Part shown: positions 1-13,929 of the stretch, one piece after another
Layout of the letters: every line of letters starts with the position of its first letter
Position numbering within the stretch: position 1 is the stretch's first letter
Assembly (NCBI RefSeq): GCF_018350175.1
Contig: NC_058368.1
Location: forward strand, 179,182,001 to 179,246,000
Source: Felis catus
Taxonomy: Eukaryota
Length of the DNA: 64,000 nt
Direction: 5' to 3'
Translations under genes and position numbers: made by a program
The notes under the pieces: model-generated
Told to the model about the DNA's origin: nothing
Databases searched by the model: none
What the model saw: only the letters and a program-made list of their open reading frames with translations

Positions 1-426
1 TTAATATTTGTTTATTGAGTGGCAATTGCTTGAATGTATTTTACTTTCCTGTATGATTTTGATTTCCTGTATAATATTAATATCAGATATAAGTTAGCAG
101 TTATCAGTGGTTAAGAGTGTGCTCTCTGGAAGCAAAGCTCAGGTTTGTATGTAGATCTACAACTTACTGTCTGTGTGATCTTAGACATTTCTCTGAGCCT
201 CAGTTTTCTTATCTGTAAAATGGAAATAATAATAGTGTCTGTCTCATAAGGCTGAAGTTAGATAAGGAATTCAGAGTTTGTCCAGTGCCTGGCATATGGT
301 GAGTGTTCAAAATTAGTAAATACTATTCTCTCTTTTAAAAATCAAAAATCAACATCAATAACAACCACTACCAGAGAAAGTTGGCAGGGCATATTTTCTA
401 TTTTATTTACAGAACGTACAGATTTT

Positions 427-580
427 TTTTAAGTTTATTTATTTATTTTGAGGGCGGGGAGGGATAGAGAGAAAGGGAGAAAGAAAGAATCAAGCTGAGC
501 TCAAACTCACAAACTGTGAGATCATGACCTGAGCAGAAAACAAGTCAGACACTTAACCGGCTGAGATACCTGGGCGCCCT
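427..580 (-). mobile_element. Can-SINE (internally deleted)
   Basis: tRNA-derived head (gggcgcccagg on minus), CT tract, A tail. Near-perfect TSD agaac(g/c)tacagatttt at 411-426 and 582-597. Confidence 0.85.
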
Positions 581-2916
581 GAGAACCTACAGATTTTGAA
601 TACCATCACTTTTTCCCAGTGAAGTCCCAACAAAGTAAATGACACATGCTTCAAATTCAACAAAATAGAAGTTTACTGATGATTTCGCCTCACCCTCATT
701 CAGAAGAGAAGTTCACTTTCACAGGACCTGTCTCTAAAGCAGACCCAAACAAAGGGACATCTCCCTGCAGAGTGGCACTTTAAAAGGATGCCCTGTCAAA
801 TGTTCATCAAGACCCTCTCTTACCCTAAGAGTAAAGAACTTTGATCACTCTCAGTGGAGTTGTTAGTACAGAAGCTGCTACATGGCTCCGGGTCCACCCT
901 ACTCTGCGAGTGGTAGATTCAAAATTCTCTTTGCAAACCTCTTGGCAGCCCAACAAGAACGAGGTAATGCACACATGCCAACTTAGAAAGAGCTCCAAAT
1001 ATTTTTAAGTGAGAAAAGCAAATCTCAGAGTGGGATGCACAGTGTGGTCCCATTTCTAGGAAACAACCAAAGCTATGCCTTACCTGAAAAAGCAAAAGAA
1101 ACTATGTTGGCCTCCTCCTTCATACCTTCCCTTTGTTTCATTTTACTGGTGAACAAAATTCAAAATTTCCTTGGGAACCACTGTACAGAAATCTCATTCT
1201 CTTCCCACTAAGAGTGGGCCCCCATGACCCAGACGAGCGTATTTATCAGTGGATGGAATGAGACTTGACCTGTTGTTCTAGAAAGAAAGCAAATAATTCA
1301 AGGGGGAGCATTTAGTCCCTCTGAAGGGTTTAGAAAGAAGAGTCTAAACAAGCAGGATTCCTTCCCAAGACCATCCCCCACTATAGTGTATGTCATCAGA
1401 AAAGAAAGAGAGACAGACAGAGAGACACAGGGGTCTTTGGAGGTGGTAGTCACTGCCTTCAGAGCGCTTGGTATAGCTTCTCCACCCACAAGTCAGACAG
1501 GCATGAGGGGTAGAGTCCAGGAGATTCACAGCTAGGGACATTTGGCATCTCATACCCCAACTACATGACTATTCATGCAGAGGACTGGCTGATCTTTGGG
1601 CTTATTTGATCAAGGAAGACAGAGATTTGGAAAGAAAGCATGCCAAACTCCCTCCCACCCCCAGCCTTGCTTAAGCTGGAGAAGGAGGGGAGGCATTAAA
1701 CTGGATATAAGATTGAAATCTTCTTTTGAAATGTCATTAAATATCAGGAAAGATGTCAACCAAATATGACTGAAGGAAGTGAATGAGGAAAAATAACACT
1801 GATTTTTTTTTTTATGTTTATCCTCCCATAAGGACTTCTGACTGCTCAATAAACATATGTATTTTTGTGTTTTTTACCCAGAACATAGAATCAGAACATA
1901 GAATGTTTATGCTACCTCTGGGTAAAAAGGGCAGCCTGAGAGATATACTATGGACCAAAAAATAAGCATTAGGATATCTAAGGCTTAGCAACAATGGGTA
2001 CCCTTCTGAACTGTCTGAATTTTCAACAGAACAAAATATTAAATTTAGTATAGGCAAGGAAGGGCTGGCCTCACCTATTCCAGGCAATCAGAGAGCCAGC
2101 TTCCAGATTCTCTGGGCTATACTGTAGACAGATATACCTCCCGGTCTCCATGTGGCTGTATATAATGGGAGGAAGGATGGAATTAATCAACACAAAACAC
2201 CTAAGAGTGTTCTAACATAGATTCTAGCATGGTGCTAGACAGCTTCTCTACTTTCTGTCATGTTATCCTGATAACAACCTTAAGAACAGACAATGGTAAC
2301 CCATTTCACAGGTAAGAAAACTGAAGCCCACCTACCCCAGACCATTCAACTAGTGGGTAGTGGAGCAGAGAATAACTTTCTGATTCAAAAGCTCATGATC
2401 TTTCCACTCCTTTTTTGTTTGTTTGTTTGTTTGGGGGGAGGATTTAAAAACCATCGAAAAGTACAAAAAATAAAATAACAACCACTCACATTCCTACCAC
2501 CTAGAATTAATCATTACTAATATCTGGAGATGGGTGCTTCATATCTTAAAGACTGTATTATCATCTTGTCTAAAATAGATATGGGCTGTTACAAAGAATT
2601 TAAAGTAAGCAGGAAAGTATAAATATAGAAGCTAAAAGAATCATCCTGAATCCCATTACCCATAAAAAGAAAAATACTATTAACATCATTTTAGTCAACT
2701 TCTCATTTATATTTATATACACAGAGTAACAGATGGATAAATAGATAAAATATCATTTCCAAAAATTCTCATAAAAATTAGCATATAGTAAAGATATTAT
2801 GCAAATAAAAATCTCAAATACCAAACTTAATCTTATTTATTTGTATTTAATAAAAGAAAAAGAAATGGAGTGAAATTGAAGGAAATGCTGAAACTTTGAT
2901 TAAATGTTTCTTCTTA

Positions 2917-3608
2917 GGGGAATCCTCTTGCACTGTTGGTGGGAATGCAAACTGGTGCAGCCAGTCTGGAAAATAGTATGGAGGCTCCTCAAATAGTTAA
3001 AAATAGAACTACCGTATGACCCAGCAATTGTACTACTAGGTATTTATCCAAAGAATACGAAAATACTGATTCAAAGGGATACATGCACCCCAAAGTTTAT
3101 AGCAGCATTATCTTCAATAGCCAAATTATGGAAATAGCTCAGTATCCATTGACTCATAAATGGATAAACAAGATATGGCATATACATACAATGGAAGATT
3201 ACTCAGCCATAACAAAGAATGAAGTCCTGCTACTTGCAGCAACATGGATGGAGCTAGAGAGTATTTTGCTACTCGAAATAAGTCAGTCAAAGACAAATAC
3301 CATATGATTTCACTCATGTGTGGAATTTAAGAAACAAAACAAACGAGCAAAGGGGAAAAAAGAGGGAGGGCAGCAAACCAATAAACAGACTCTTAACTAT
3401 AGAGAACAAACTGATGGTTACCAGAGGGGAGGTGAGTAGGGGGATGGGTGAAATAGGTGGTGGGGACTAAGGAGGGCACTTGTGATGAGCACTGGGTGAT
3501 GTACGAAAGTACTGAATCACTGTATTGTACACCTGAAACTAATATTATTCTGCATGTTAACTAACTGGACTTTGAATAAAAACTTAAAAATAAAATTAAA
3601 TAAATAAA
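2917..3608 (+). mobile_element. Carnivore L1 3' end (ORF2 C-terminus + 3' UTR + A tail), 5'-truncated
   Basis: ORF2 terminal peptide remnant (KWINKIWHIHTMEDYSAITKNE...ATWMELE), G-rich 3' UTR, aataaa followed by an A-rich tail. Confidence 0.9.
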
Positions 3609-5339
3609 TTTCTCTTCTTTACACAAAAAAAAATCCTGAAAACTCCTTAAAAATAGTTATGAAATGCATTAAAAGTTTGGTGTGGTTATAAGTTTGTAAT
3701 TGTTCTGTTTTATTTCTCATATTGACCAACTCTCTGTTAGGATAATATCATAAAGTTAATCTATTCCCTTCTACCCCTCACTGCTCAATTTTATGTGCTG
3801 TGTTTTTTTTTTCTTTACATTGTCCATTTCCCTAACATTAACATTATTTTTGGTAGTCATAAATATTGTGACGTTTAATATCAATCTCTATAAATTCATT
3901 CATTTAGACTCAGTGCTCACCAGTATTTCCTTTTATCCCAGCCTTTTACTTCCTGTATTATGAAATTTTGATTCAGCTTTCAATTGGCTGGATTTTATTT
4001 TTCATTTAGGTTTCTATAAGAGGGTCTCATGAGCACACCCCCCAGGTCTTTTTATTACATCACCTTGACTAATTTTTGACTGACACTGTGGTTTTCACCT
4101 TTTTATGTTTGCCAGAAACAGGTTTTCAATCAGAATCATAGGCAGAACTTCGCATCTGCAAAGCAGACAACACCGGACCTGATCTCAGAGCCTTTAGCTG
4201 TCCAAGGCCCTCAGGGAAACCTTAAAATCCCATAAATTCCAGTTTGAAAACTCCCTATGGATATGGATGCATGCATGATGAGTCTTGATAATTTGTATAC
4301 CAATGCTTCAGATAAATAGAATCATTTTAGCAGACTTCTGAACATTGAATATACATTTTCAAAGTACTCATGAACTGGCAATCACTCGCTAAATTAATAT
4401 GCCTAGCTCTTTCCAGAAAGGCAATGTGGCTGCTTCTTGCCAGGATACATTAAAATAAAACTAATAAAATAGAATTAAAAGAGGAAAACCAGAACCAAAG
4501 AGGTTAGCAACAAGGACACTAATCCCAAAGACAAATAAAGGTGGCTTGAGTCATCAAGTGTGACCTTTCCGAAGGTCGGGACCAGGCCAGGCAAGGGAAT
4601 GAAAGGCTCTGACTGTGTGCTACCCGTGTGGTCAGTTTACTGGCCTCAAGCTCTTTCTCCAGGAAAACGAAACGGAAAATACTTGTCTGAATCTCAAAAT
4701 GTGGGACGCGGCAAATAATGACCAGGTTTTTTCACTGTCTTGGTAGCTATGGAGTGAAAGAAAGGCTGTGGGCTTATACACATGGGGAGGGAAACACAGC
4801 CACACTCCCTGTGTGACCCTCAGCGAGTCATTTCTCTTCCCTGAGTCTTGTTTCCTGACTTGCAGACGTGAGGCCTCACGCCTGTTTCTCAGGATTAGCA
4901 TTCAGCAGCATGGGAGAAACAGTGAGGAGAGTTGTCATCTGTTTATATTTTCATTCTTTGACCTTGCTGGATACTTACAGTTTGCTTATCTGCCACTGGG
5001 TAGAACCAGATTTGTGAAAGATGGGTTGCAGTGTGGAAGGGGGCAGGGGGGTTGGAACCATACACTCTCCTTCCTGCCCCTGTCCCATTCACTCTGTGTG
5101 TAAAAGGTTTTAACAGGGACAGACTGGGATTTTCAGAGGCCTGGACTCTAAAAAGTGCTTCGTTTCACCTCACATACAACCCAAAATAACAATAACACTA
5201 AAGGATAAGACAAATGTAAGGAAGGTGAACAAAGTTCTCATTTCTCCCATGATGACCCGGCTAAAGCTGTTTTGAAATATCAAATATCAAATTCTTTCCT
5301 CCTCACAAAAGCTTTTCTGCTTGTTCGCTTTTTGGTTTG

Positions 5340-5341
<2 letters not shown>

Positions 5342-5384
<43 letters not shown>
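5342..5384. repeat. (TG)n microsatellite (others: 15808-15849, 35416-35454, 62963-62988; (TTG)n 20935-20974; (GT)n(AT)n 61107-61162)
   Basis: Read directly from the sequence. Confidence 0.95.
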
Positions 5385-5388
<4 letters not shown>

Positions 5389-6648
5389 ATGCTTGTGTGC
5401 ATGTTTGCATGTGTGTGTACGCGTATCTGTGAGTGTGCTGTGTATGCTTGTGTGCCAATCTGCAGAACAGCCTTGGAAGTTACATACAGCTAATCTGGCA
5501 CTGGAGATAAGACCTGTTCTGTGGGTGGCTGTGAGGAGTAACTAGACTAGCATGTCAGCATTGTGCACACTAGCATGTCAGCACTGACTAGCATGTCAGC
5601 TGACTAGCATGTCAGCACTTTAGCACAGTGCCTCCAGTACGTGGTAAGCATCCAACGATGGCTAGTTCTATAGGCACCTCTGTTCTTCTGGCTGGCTGTT
5701 TCCCCTGGAGGGGCTCTCCTTCACAGTAGCACACCTGTTTCCTGCCCACCCCTCACTCCCATCACAGCACAGGAGAGCATCACCTGAGGGATTAGCTGGG
5801 AGGGAGGGATGGGCCTGGGTGCTCAGTCCACTCACCTCTTCTTTCTTCTTCCTCTGCCCAGCTACAGGAAGGACATATGCTCTCCACACAGTCGGATTAG
5901 TGGCAGGTCCAGGGAAGGGGAGAACTGTGGAGGTCTTGCTCTGCCAGTGACGACTGGGAGAGTCTGGCTCAGAGTGGCCGACACATTGGCAAGTTTCTTT
6001 AGTATTACACCCAAGCCACACTCCCAATATCAATTTTATCAGTGACATAGGTGATACATTGATTCATAATGGCCTAACTCATGGGTCCAAGGCCATTAGC
6101 TTTTGTGCAAGTTTTAAAGAGTACCCCTACGACCACCAGCACCACCATGGGTAAACACAGCCCAATACACGCTTGGCTTCACAAGAGAATGGCACCTCTG
6201 TGGGAAGAAAGAGATTCCACTTTGCCCAAGACAGGGCCCCCAGCTCGGTGCAGGGTGTGAGCACTGCTCCCTGGACCAGGCACAGAGCCTATACCACACA
6301 GTTGTGCATATCAGTTCTCCTGGAATCAAGGGTATAATTTCCCTTCTTCAAACCCCTAATAGTGCTGATTTCCCTTTATAACCTTATTAGTATTGATACT
6401 AAGAAAGAAGGTGGGTGTCATAGGCCCTAAGAGCCTCATGGCTATGGCAAATGGACAGCACAACAAACATCAAACCACACAGTCAGGCCTTTGCTACTAA
6501 GCATAAATTGCTAAAATAATAAAGCATTATTTTCAGTACAAATTACTAATATTATCAAAATTCATAACAGACCACACACAGCTCCAGGTTCCAAGAGAGG
6601 GCTGGAGGTGCTGGGTATATGCTGCAGGCGTCCCAACACCATCAGCTA

Positions 6649-6876
<228 letters not shown>

Positions 6877-9800
6877 CTACATGGGCTAACAAGACTAATG
6901 CAGAACCCACTGCCTACCACAGGACTGAATGCAGCCCCAGCCTGGCTGCTAAAGGCCCTCACTCATTGACCAAACCTGACCTCTCCCAGCACAGGTTCTG
7001 CACTCCAGTCTGCATGACAAGAACGCTGTTCATATCATCTACCATAGGTTGACCTCTCACAGTGCACCAGGCATGTGCTCTGCACATCTCATTCCCTTCT
7101 CACAGCAACCCTGTGAGGTATAAACTGTGATCCCATTTTGCAGATGGAAAACAGAGGTGCTGAAAAGGTAAATAATCTGGTGAAAATCATCAGGCCAGGA
7201 ACTGACAGGAAAATCAGTATCTAACTTCCATATTCTCAACCACCATGATGAGGTACTTACTGCTCCCCAATTACTCCCTCCTGGTGACAATAGCCTGACA
7301 TCCAAGGATGTGCTGTCTCCCAATTTCCATTATCAGTGCCTGGGGGCAGTAGTTGGCTGTGAAGTAGCCAGAGTCCCCTCTGTGCTGTCAGAACCTCCGT
7401 TAACCCCTTGGAACACGGCCTCATGCCATATCATTGCAGTGCGTAGGCCGTGCTCAGCGTCACTTGCTAAGTGAAGACCAGGCCACATTGTTAATCCATG
7501 TTAGGGTTGCAGCCTACTTTCCAAAGGCTAAAAATGGAACCACCAGCTTAGTAGGTCTTCAAGAACAGAATAAGACACAATGCATGTGGTTTGATTTAAA
7601 GAAAGTCTCTCAGGAGGCTGAACAGTATGATCCTAGAATGTTGCCATCATTCATTCATGCAGCAAATATTCAGTAAGTGGCTATGATGTGCCAGGCACAT
7701 GCTAGGCACTGATCTCACTCTATTGGTGAACACAGAAATAAATACAAGTTTACAAAAGATGATACATGTGAAAGAGAAACAATAGAGCCTGGTATAGAGT
7801 TATAGGGCACATCACATTTTGTTGGGGTATTTAGGAAAGGCCTCTCTGAGCTGATACACAAAGTAATTGAGCTGTTCAGCTGTGGGGACACTAAGGGAGG
7901 GGCATTTCAGGAAGAGGGAACAGCATGTGCAAAGGTCCTGAGGAAGGAAGGCACTTGGCATATTCAGACAACATCAAAAGAAACCTCTGTGGATGGAGTA
8001 AGATACGAGAGGAAAAGGTGATACAAGATGAGGCTGAAGAAGTAGGGACCAGGTCCCGCACAGCCTTGTGATGAGTTTAAGCTTTACTCCAAGAGAATGA
8101 GAAGCTAGAGGGATTTTATTTATTTATTTGGGAATAGATTTATTGGGATACAATTTGCCCATATGAGGTATATAATTCAACAATTTATTCACAGAGTTGT
8201 GCAGGCATCACCGTGATTAATTCTAGAACAATCTCATCACCTCGGAAAGTTACCCCAGCCCCAAGTGGCTACTAATCTACTTTCTGTCTCTACAGATATG
8301 TTTATTCTGGGCACTGCATACAAATAGAATCATATAATACATGGTCTTTTGTGACTGGCTTCTTTCACTCAGCAGTGTCCTCAAGATTCATCCATGGGGT
8401 AGCAACTGTTGCAACTCAATTTACTCCCTCTCCCACTGGTCCTCAGTTTCTTCATATGTCAACAAAACAAAATGTATTCAAAAACTACTTCTTCAGGTGA
8501 CTTCAGCAAAAATGGCAGAGTAAGAAACTCCACGTGCTTGTCCCTCCAAAGAAGTAATGAGAAATCTGACAAAAGCTGTCAGAATCAACTGTAACAGAAC
8601 CCTAGAAAATAGTCAAAAGTTTACACCAAGAAAATGCTTAATCAAGAAAAAGGCAACTGAAACCTGGTAAAGCTTTCTGGCATTTTAACTTACCCTTACT
8701 CCCCACCTCGGTGGTGGTCTTGAAAATGGTATTCTGTGTCCTTTGTGTGGGTTTCTAGAGCCAGACAGAGCAGAGAGGACCTTGTTCTAAGAAACTGTAG
8801 TTGTCTGTTTCAACCTGTGTGTGGGCTCCCCAAAGGATTAGAGCTATAAGCTTGTCTTTTATTATTGTTTATTATTTATGCTTTGGAGGAATGAGGGGAG
8901 TAGAGGTAAATTAAGTCAATGGTAAGACTACCAGGAGGACTCAGGATTCCTCTCATTTAGCTCAATCTATTATCTGCCCTGTTTGGTCACATGATTCATC
9001 AGCAATGAGCTTCTGTTTGGTTTGGAGACCACTGGGATTAGAGAGACAGAACAATGGCCTTTTCATGGGCCTTTCCACATTTACTCTGCCTCCCTCCATC
9101 CAATCGCCACACATTAGCCAGAGCAATAGTCAGTGCAGTGGGATTATATCACTCCCCTGCTTAACTAACACTCTTCTGTCTTCCACGCACTGGCATGTGT
9201 ATAAACAAGAGTCTATCCATACAATGGAATATTATTTAGCCACAGAAAGGAATAAAGTAGTTACAGTTACGACAATATGGATAAATATGGAATGAACAAT
9301 ACCCACATATACCAGGGGATCTGGAAGGCTATGCACATGGTTGGACATGCTAATAAAGGATGGAGAAGGCCGTAAACTCTCAACTCTGACTGACCTTCAA
9401 GCACCATGCTGTCAGGAAATGCAGGCAGGCTAAGGCAGAGCTGCAAGTGGCCTGGTTAAGTGTTAAAAGTATGCCCCAATACACACATACAGAGTCCAGC
9501 TGCAAACAGCAGATTTTTTTTTTCTTTCAACTCCAGGCATTTGGAGATTTGAGTGACCATATTGCAACAAATAATGCAGTCTTCACAAAAGTACTTTAGA
9601 AAAGTCATTAAACAAACAAACCATTATATCCTAAATTAAGCAGCTACAACAAGCCCTGACAAGGAAGAGAATCTGACATCTGAGCTAGCACATTATAATA
9701 TTCAAGATATTCAATTTTCAACAAGAAATTATGAGGCATGTAAACAAATAAACAAACAAACAAGAAAGTATGGCCTATTCACAGAAGAACAAAAAGAAAT

Positions 9801-10574
9801 TAATAGAAATTCCTCACAAACGGTATACATTGGATTTATAAGAAAAAGACTTTAAATCAATTGTCTTTATGCTCAACTAGCTAAAGAAAACTATGGGCAA
9901 ATAACTAAGTAAAACCAAAAGAATAATGTCGCATAATATAGAGAATATTATTAAATAGACAGAAATGACAAACTAATAAAATAGAAATTCTGTAGCTAAA
10001 AAATACAATAAAAAATGTTAGAGAGGCTCAATTGCAGACTTGAGCAGTCAGAAGAAAGAATCAATAACCTTGAAAGTAGGTCAGTTGAGATCAGCCAGCC
10101 TGAGAAGTAGAAAGAAAAGAGAGTAAAGAAAAATGAACAGTGCCTAAGTGACCTGTGGGATACTATCAAGCACACAAACTTCATACAATGGGAGATTCCA
10201 TAATTAGAGGAAAGAGAGATAAAGGAGTAGAAAGCATATTTGAAAAAATAATGGCCAGACACTTTCATTTGATGGGAGACATAAATCTACAGACCCAAAA
10301 AGGTCAGTGCTATCTGAGCAAAATAAACACAGATATCCACACTGAGACATAATGGCCAAACTGTCAAAAACCAAAAAAAAACAAAAAACAAACAAACAAA
10401 AAAAAAACAAAACCCAGAGAATTTTAAAAACATCAAGAGAGAAGCAAATCATCATGTACAAAGACTCCTAAATAAAATTAATAAGTGATTTCTCTTCAGA
10501 AACCACAGAGGCTAGAAGGCAGTGGGATGTCATATTTAAAGTGCTAAAAGGAAAAAAAATCAACCAAGAATTCT

Positions 10575-10800
10575 TTTTTTTTTTTAATTTTTTTTTTCAA
10601 CATTTATTTATTTTTGGGACAGAGAGAGACAGAGCATGAACGGGGGAGGGGCAGAGAGAGAGGGAGACACAGAATCGGAAACAGGCTCCAGGCTCTGAGC
10701 CATCAGCCCAGAGCCTGATGCGGGGCTCGAACTCACGGACCGCGAGATTGTGACCTGGCTGAAGTCGGACGCTTAACCGACTGTGCCACCCAGGCACCCC
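10575..10800 (-). mobile_element. Young felid Can-SINE (SINEC_Fc-type)
   Basis: Full SINE body with (CT)n and A tail. TSD aagaattct on both sides. Confidence 0.93.
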
Positions 10801-12049
10801 AAGAATTCTATCTCTCAAAAAATTATTCTTCAAATATAAAGAAGAAGAGATAAACAGAAACAGAGGTCCATCACTAATAGACAACTGGAAAGACAAATAC
10901 ATAAAATAATAATTATAAAATCTATAATACACACATATACACAATGTATAAAAATGTAATGTGTGACAATAACAACAAAAGGGGAGAGAAAGATTTGTAC
11001 AGAAGCAGAGGTTTTGTCTACTAGTGAAGCTAAATTGGTATTAACTCAAAATATATTCTTATTATGGTAAGATGTTAATTGTGAACCCCAGGTTAACCTC
11101 TAAGAAAATAAGCAAAAAACACAGAGAAAAGTAAATGAGAAAGGAATCAAATCAGTAAACTAGAAAAAATCAATTAAACACAAAAGAAGGTAGTAATGAA
11201 TTGAAGAACAAAAAAACATGTAAGATACATAGAAAACAAATAGCAAAATGTTGGAAGTAAAACTTTCCTTATGAGTATTTACATTAAATGTAAATGAATA
11301 AAACTGTCTTGGCAAAAGGCAGAGATTGGTAGAAAGATTATAAAACAATAACCAAACACACACACAGACACACACACACACCCCACCATGATCCAGCTGT
11401 ATGTTATCTACAAGAGACTCACTTTATATCCAAAAATACAAGTTAGGTTCAAAGTAAAAGAATGGGGAAAAAATGTTCCTTGCACATAGTAACAAAAAAC
11501 ACTGTAGTGGGTATGGTAATACCAGACAAAACAGACTTTAAGTCAAAAGTGTTTCAAGAGACAAAGAAGAGTATTATATATTGGCAAAAGGGTCAACACA
11601 CCAAGAAGATATAGCAATTATAAACAGATGTCCCTAATAACAGCACCAAAATGTATGAAGCAAACACTGACAAAATTAAAAGGAGAACTAGGCAGAGGCT
11701 AATAATAACCAGAGACGTCAATGTCCCACTATCAGTAATGTACAAAACATGTAAGCATAAAGTCAGTAAGAAAATAGAATATGTGAGCCATACTGTAAAT
11801 AACCAGACCTAAAGGACATATACAAAATACTCCATCCTGCAACAGCAAAATGCACTTTCTTCTCAAATGCATATGGAACATTTTCTAGAATAGCCCATAA
11901 GTTAGGCCACAAAACACATCTCAATACACTACAAACACTGAAATTATACAAAGTATCTTTTCCAATGACAGAGGAATGAAGCTAGAAACGAATAAGAGAA
12001 ATAAAACTGGAAAATTTACAACTATGTGCAAATCAAACAATATACTCTT

Positions 12050-12050
12050 T

Positions 12051-12094
<44 letters not shown>

Positions 12095-12270
12095 CGCACA
12101 TGTATGCACACTAGCAGGAGAGGGGAAGAGGGAGAGGGAGAGAGAATCTCAAGCAGACTCCTCGCTCAGTGCAGAGCCCAACTCAGGGCTCAGTCTCAGG
12201 ACTGTGAGATCATGACCTGAACCAAAATCAAGAGTTGGCTGTACAACCAACTGAGCCACCCAGGTGTCCC
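12050..12270 (-). mobile_element. Can-SINE with expanded (GA)n
   Basis: SINE body. 15-bp TSD aaacaatatactctt at 12035-12049 and 12272-12286. Confidence 0.9.
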
Positions 12271-13699
12271 TAAACAATATACTCTTAAGCAACAAGGTAT
12301 CAAAGAAGAACTCACAAGGAAAATTAGAAAATATTTTGAGACAAATGAAAATGAAAACACAACCTCACAAAACTTATGGATGGAGTGAAAGCAGTAATCA
12401 TATCAGTGAAGGAGCCTTGGAGAAGAAATGAGATCAGATTCCTCCTCAAACCTAAAAAAGAAGCATTTATAATATTGTTTCACTGTGTCCCAGAGAAGCA
12501 TATTCTCAATTGTCCTTTTGTGTTGTCTTCATAACTACTACACGAGGTAGCTACTATCCTCATTTTACAGATGAGGAAAATGAGGTACAGAGGGTTTGAG
12601 TGGCTCATCCATAATCTCCCCTTACCCTGTTGGTAGTAAGAGCCAGGACTCTAACCCAGCCCTGTGCCTTATTCATTCTCTGCACCTGTTTCCTCCCCAC
12701 AGACCCTAGATGGCAGGTACTCAGGTGTTCACCAGACCCTGCTTCACGCTTCAGTCTTGCCACATTCTCTACGGGGAAAAGGAAGAAACTTAGAGGCTAT
12801 TTAGTCCAAACACCTATACAAATCAGCCCTTTCACCATGGGACCAACTAGTGTTTGTAGGTATTCATAGTAATGGAAAATCTTGATCCTGAGAGACGATA
12901 AAACTTGGGAGTCAAGAGTCTATCTGGAGTCACGCAGATGTGGCTCCTGGGCCTCGTTTTGCCCTTTATTGGCTCTGGCCTCAAACCCAGAGCCACAGCA
13001 TGTGATTATACAGGTTTTGCCCTGCAAGGGGTGACCCATTGGAGGTTAGTGTGCAACCTGTGATCTGGGCAGGGGAGGGATATTATTTTTGTAATCCACC
13101 CAAAGTCACTGTAAGGGCCAGTGGAAGGCTGCTGGAGCAGCTTCACACCCCTGAGTCTCATTTTCCCCAATCGTAGAATGGAGGAGATGATAGTCCCTAA
13201 TTTGCAGGCTTCTTAGGAAGCTCAGCTGACATTAAAACACAAAGGATTTACTGGTGTCTGGCCATAGTAAGTCCTCAATAAATGGTCATCATTTTTCTCT
13301 TTATTAGCATTATAAAACCTCCTAAAGCAATCTTTTCAGAAGAACTCCTTCAGAGCTCTTCTTTAGGTCACCTTAAATCTGTCTCCCTGCAGTTTGCAAC
13401 AAATGACACTGTTGGTCAACACTGAATAAAATTAATCCTTTGTTCAAAACCAGACCTTGAGAAGGCCCTCAGGGGACTCAGGAATCTCTTCTCCTGCATA
13501 AACATAGCATGTTTCTCTGTTGCCTTGGTCTGATTTCAAACCCTGTCCCCACACAGGCTGCTGACATTTGGACCTGCTCCAGCTTGCTGGTGCTCTAACT
13601 CAGACCCTCCCACTCCTTGCTCCCTCCAACCCCAGAAATTCGGCTGAGAACATGTCTGTCACAGACCTGGGCAGGGCCATGGAGGCAACTGAGATTTCT

Positions 13700-13929
13700 T
13701 TTTTTTTTTTTTTTAATTTTTTTTTTCAACGTTTATTTATTTTTGGGACAGAGAGAGACAGAGCATGAACGGGGGAGGGGCAGAGAGAGAGGGAGACACA
13801 GAATCGGAAACAGGCTCCAGGCTCTGAGCCATCAGCCCTGAGCCTGACGCGGGGCTCGAACTCACAGACCGCGAGATCGTGACCTGGCTGAAGTCGGATG
13901 CTTAACCGACTGCGCCACCCAGGCGCCCC
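13700..13929 (-). mobile_element. Young felid Can-SINE
   Basis: 16-bp TSD ggcaactgagatttct at 13684-13699 and 13930-13945. CpGs intact. Confidence 0.95.

Larger units (their letters stand above)
8495..12400 (+). mobile_element. Old L1M element 5' portion (5' UTR, ORF1, start of ORF2), degenerate, with two SINE insertions
   Basis: L1-like start (aaaatggcagagtaag), A-rich ORF1 remnants at 9700-10560, endonuclease-region remnants (tgttatctacaagagactcacttt; ccagacaaaacagactttaag) at 11270-12400. Many stop codons. Confidence 0.85.

Noticed and set aside
5546..5616. CRISPR-like repeat-spacer array
   Set aside because: Repeats are 14 bp and spacers 2-9 bp, there are no cas genes, and the context is a mammalian intron within a MIR-like remnant.
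10597..10944. Recurrent peptide PGWRSRLSVRLQPGHDLAVREFEPRVRL in several ORFs
   Set aside because: This is translation of Can-SINE sequence, not a gene family. The tRNA-like heads are SINE parts, not tRNA genes.
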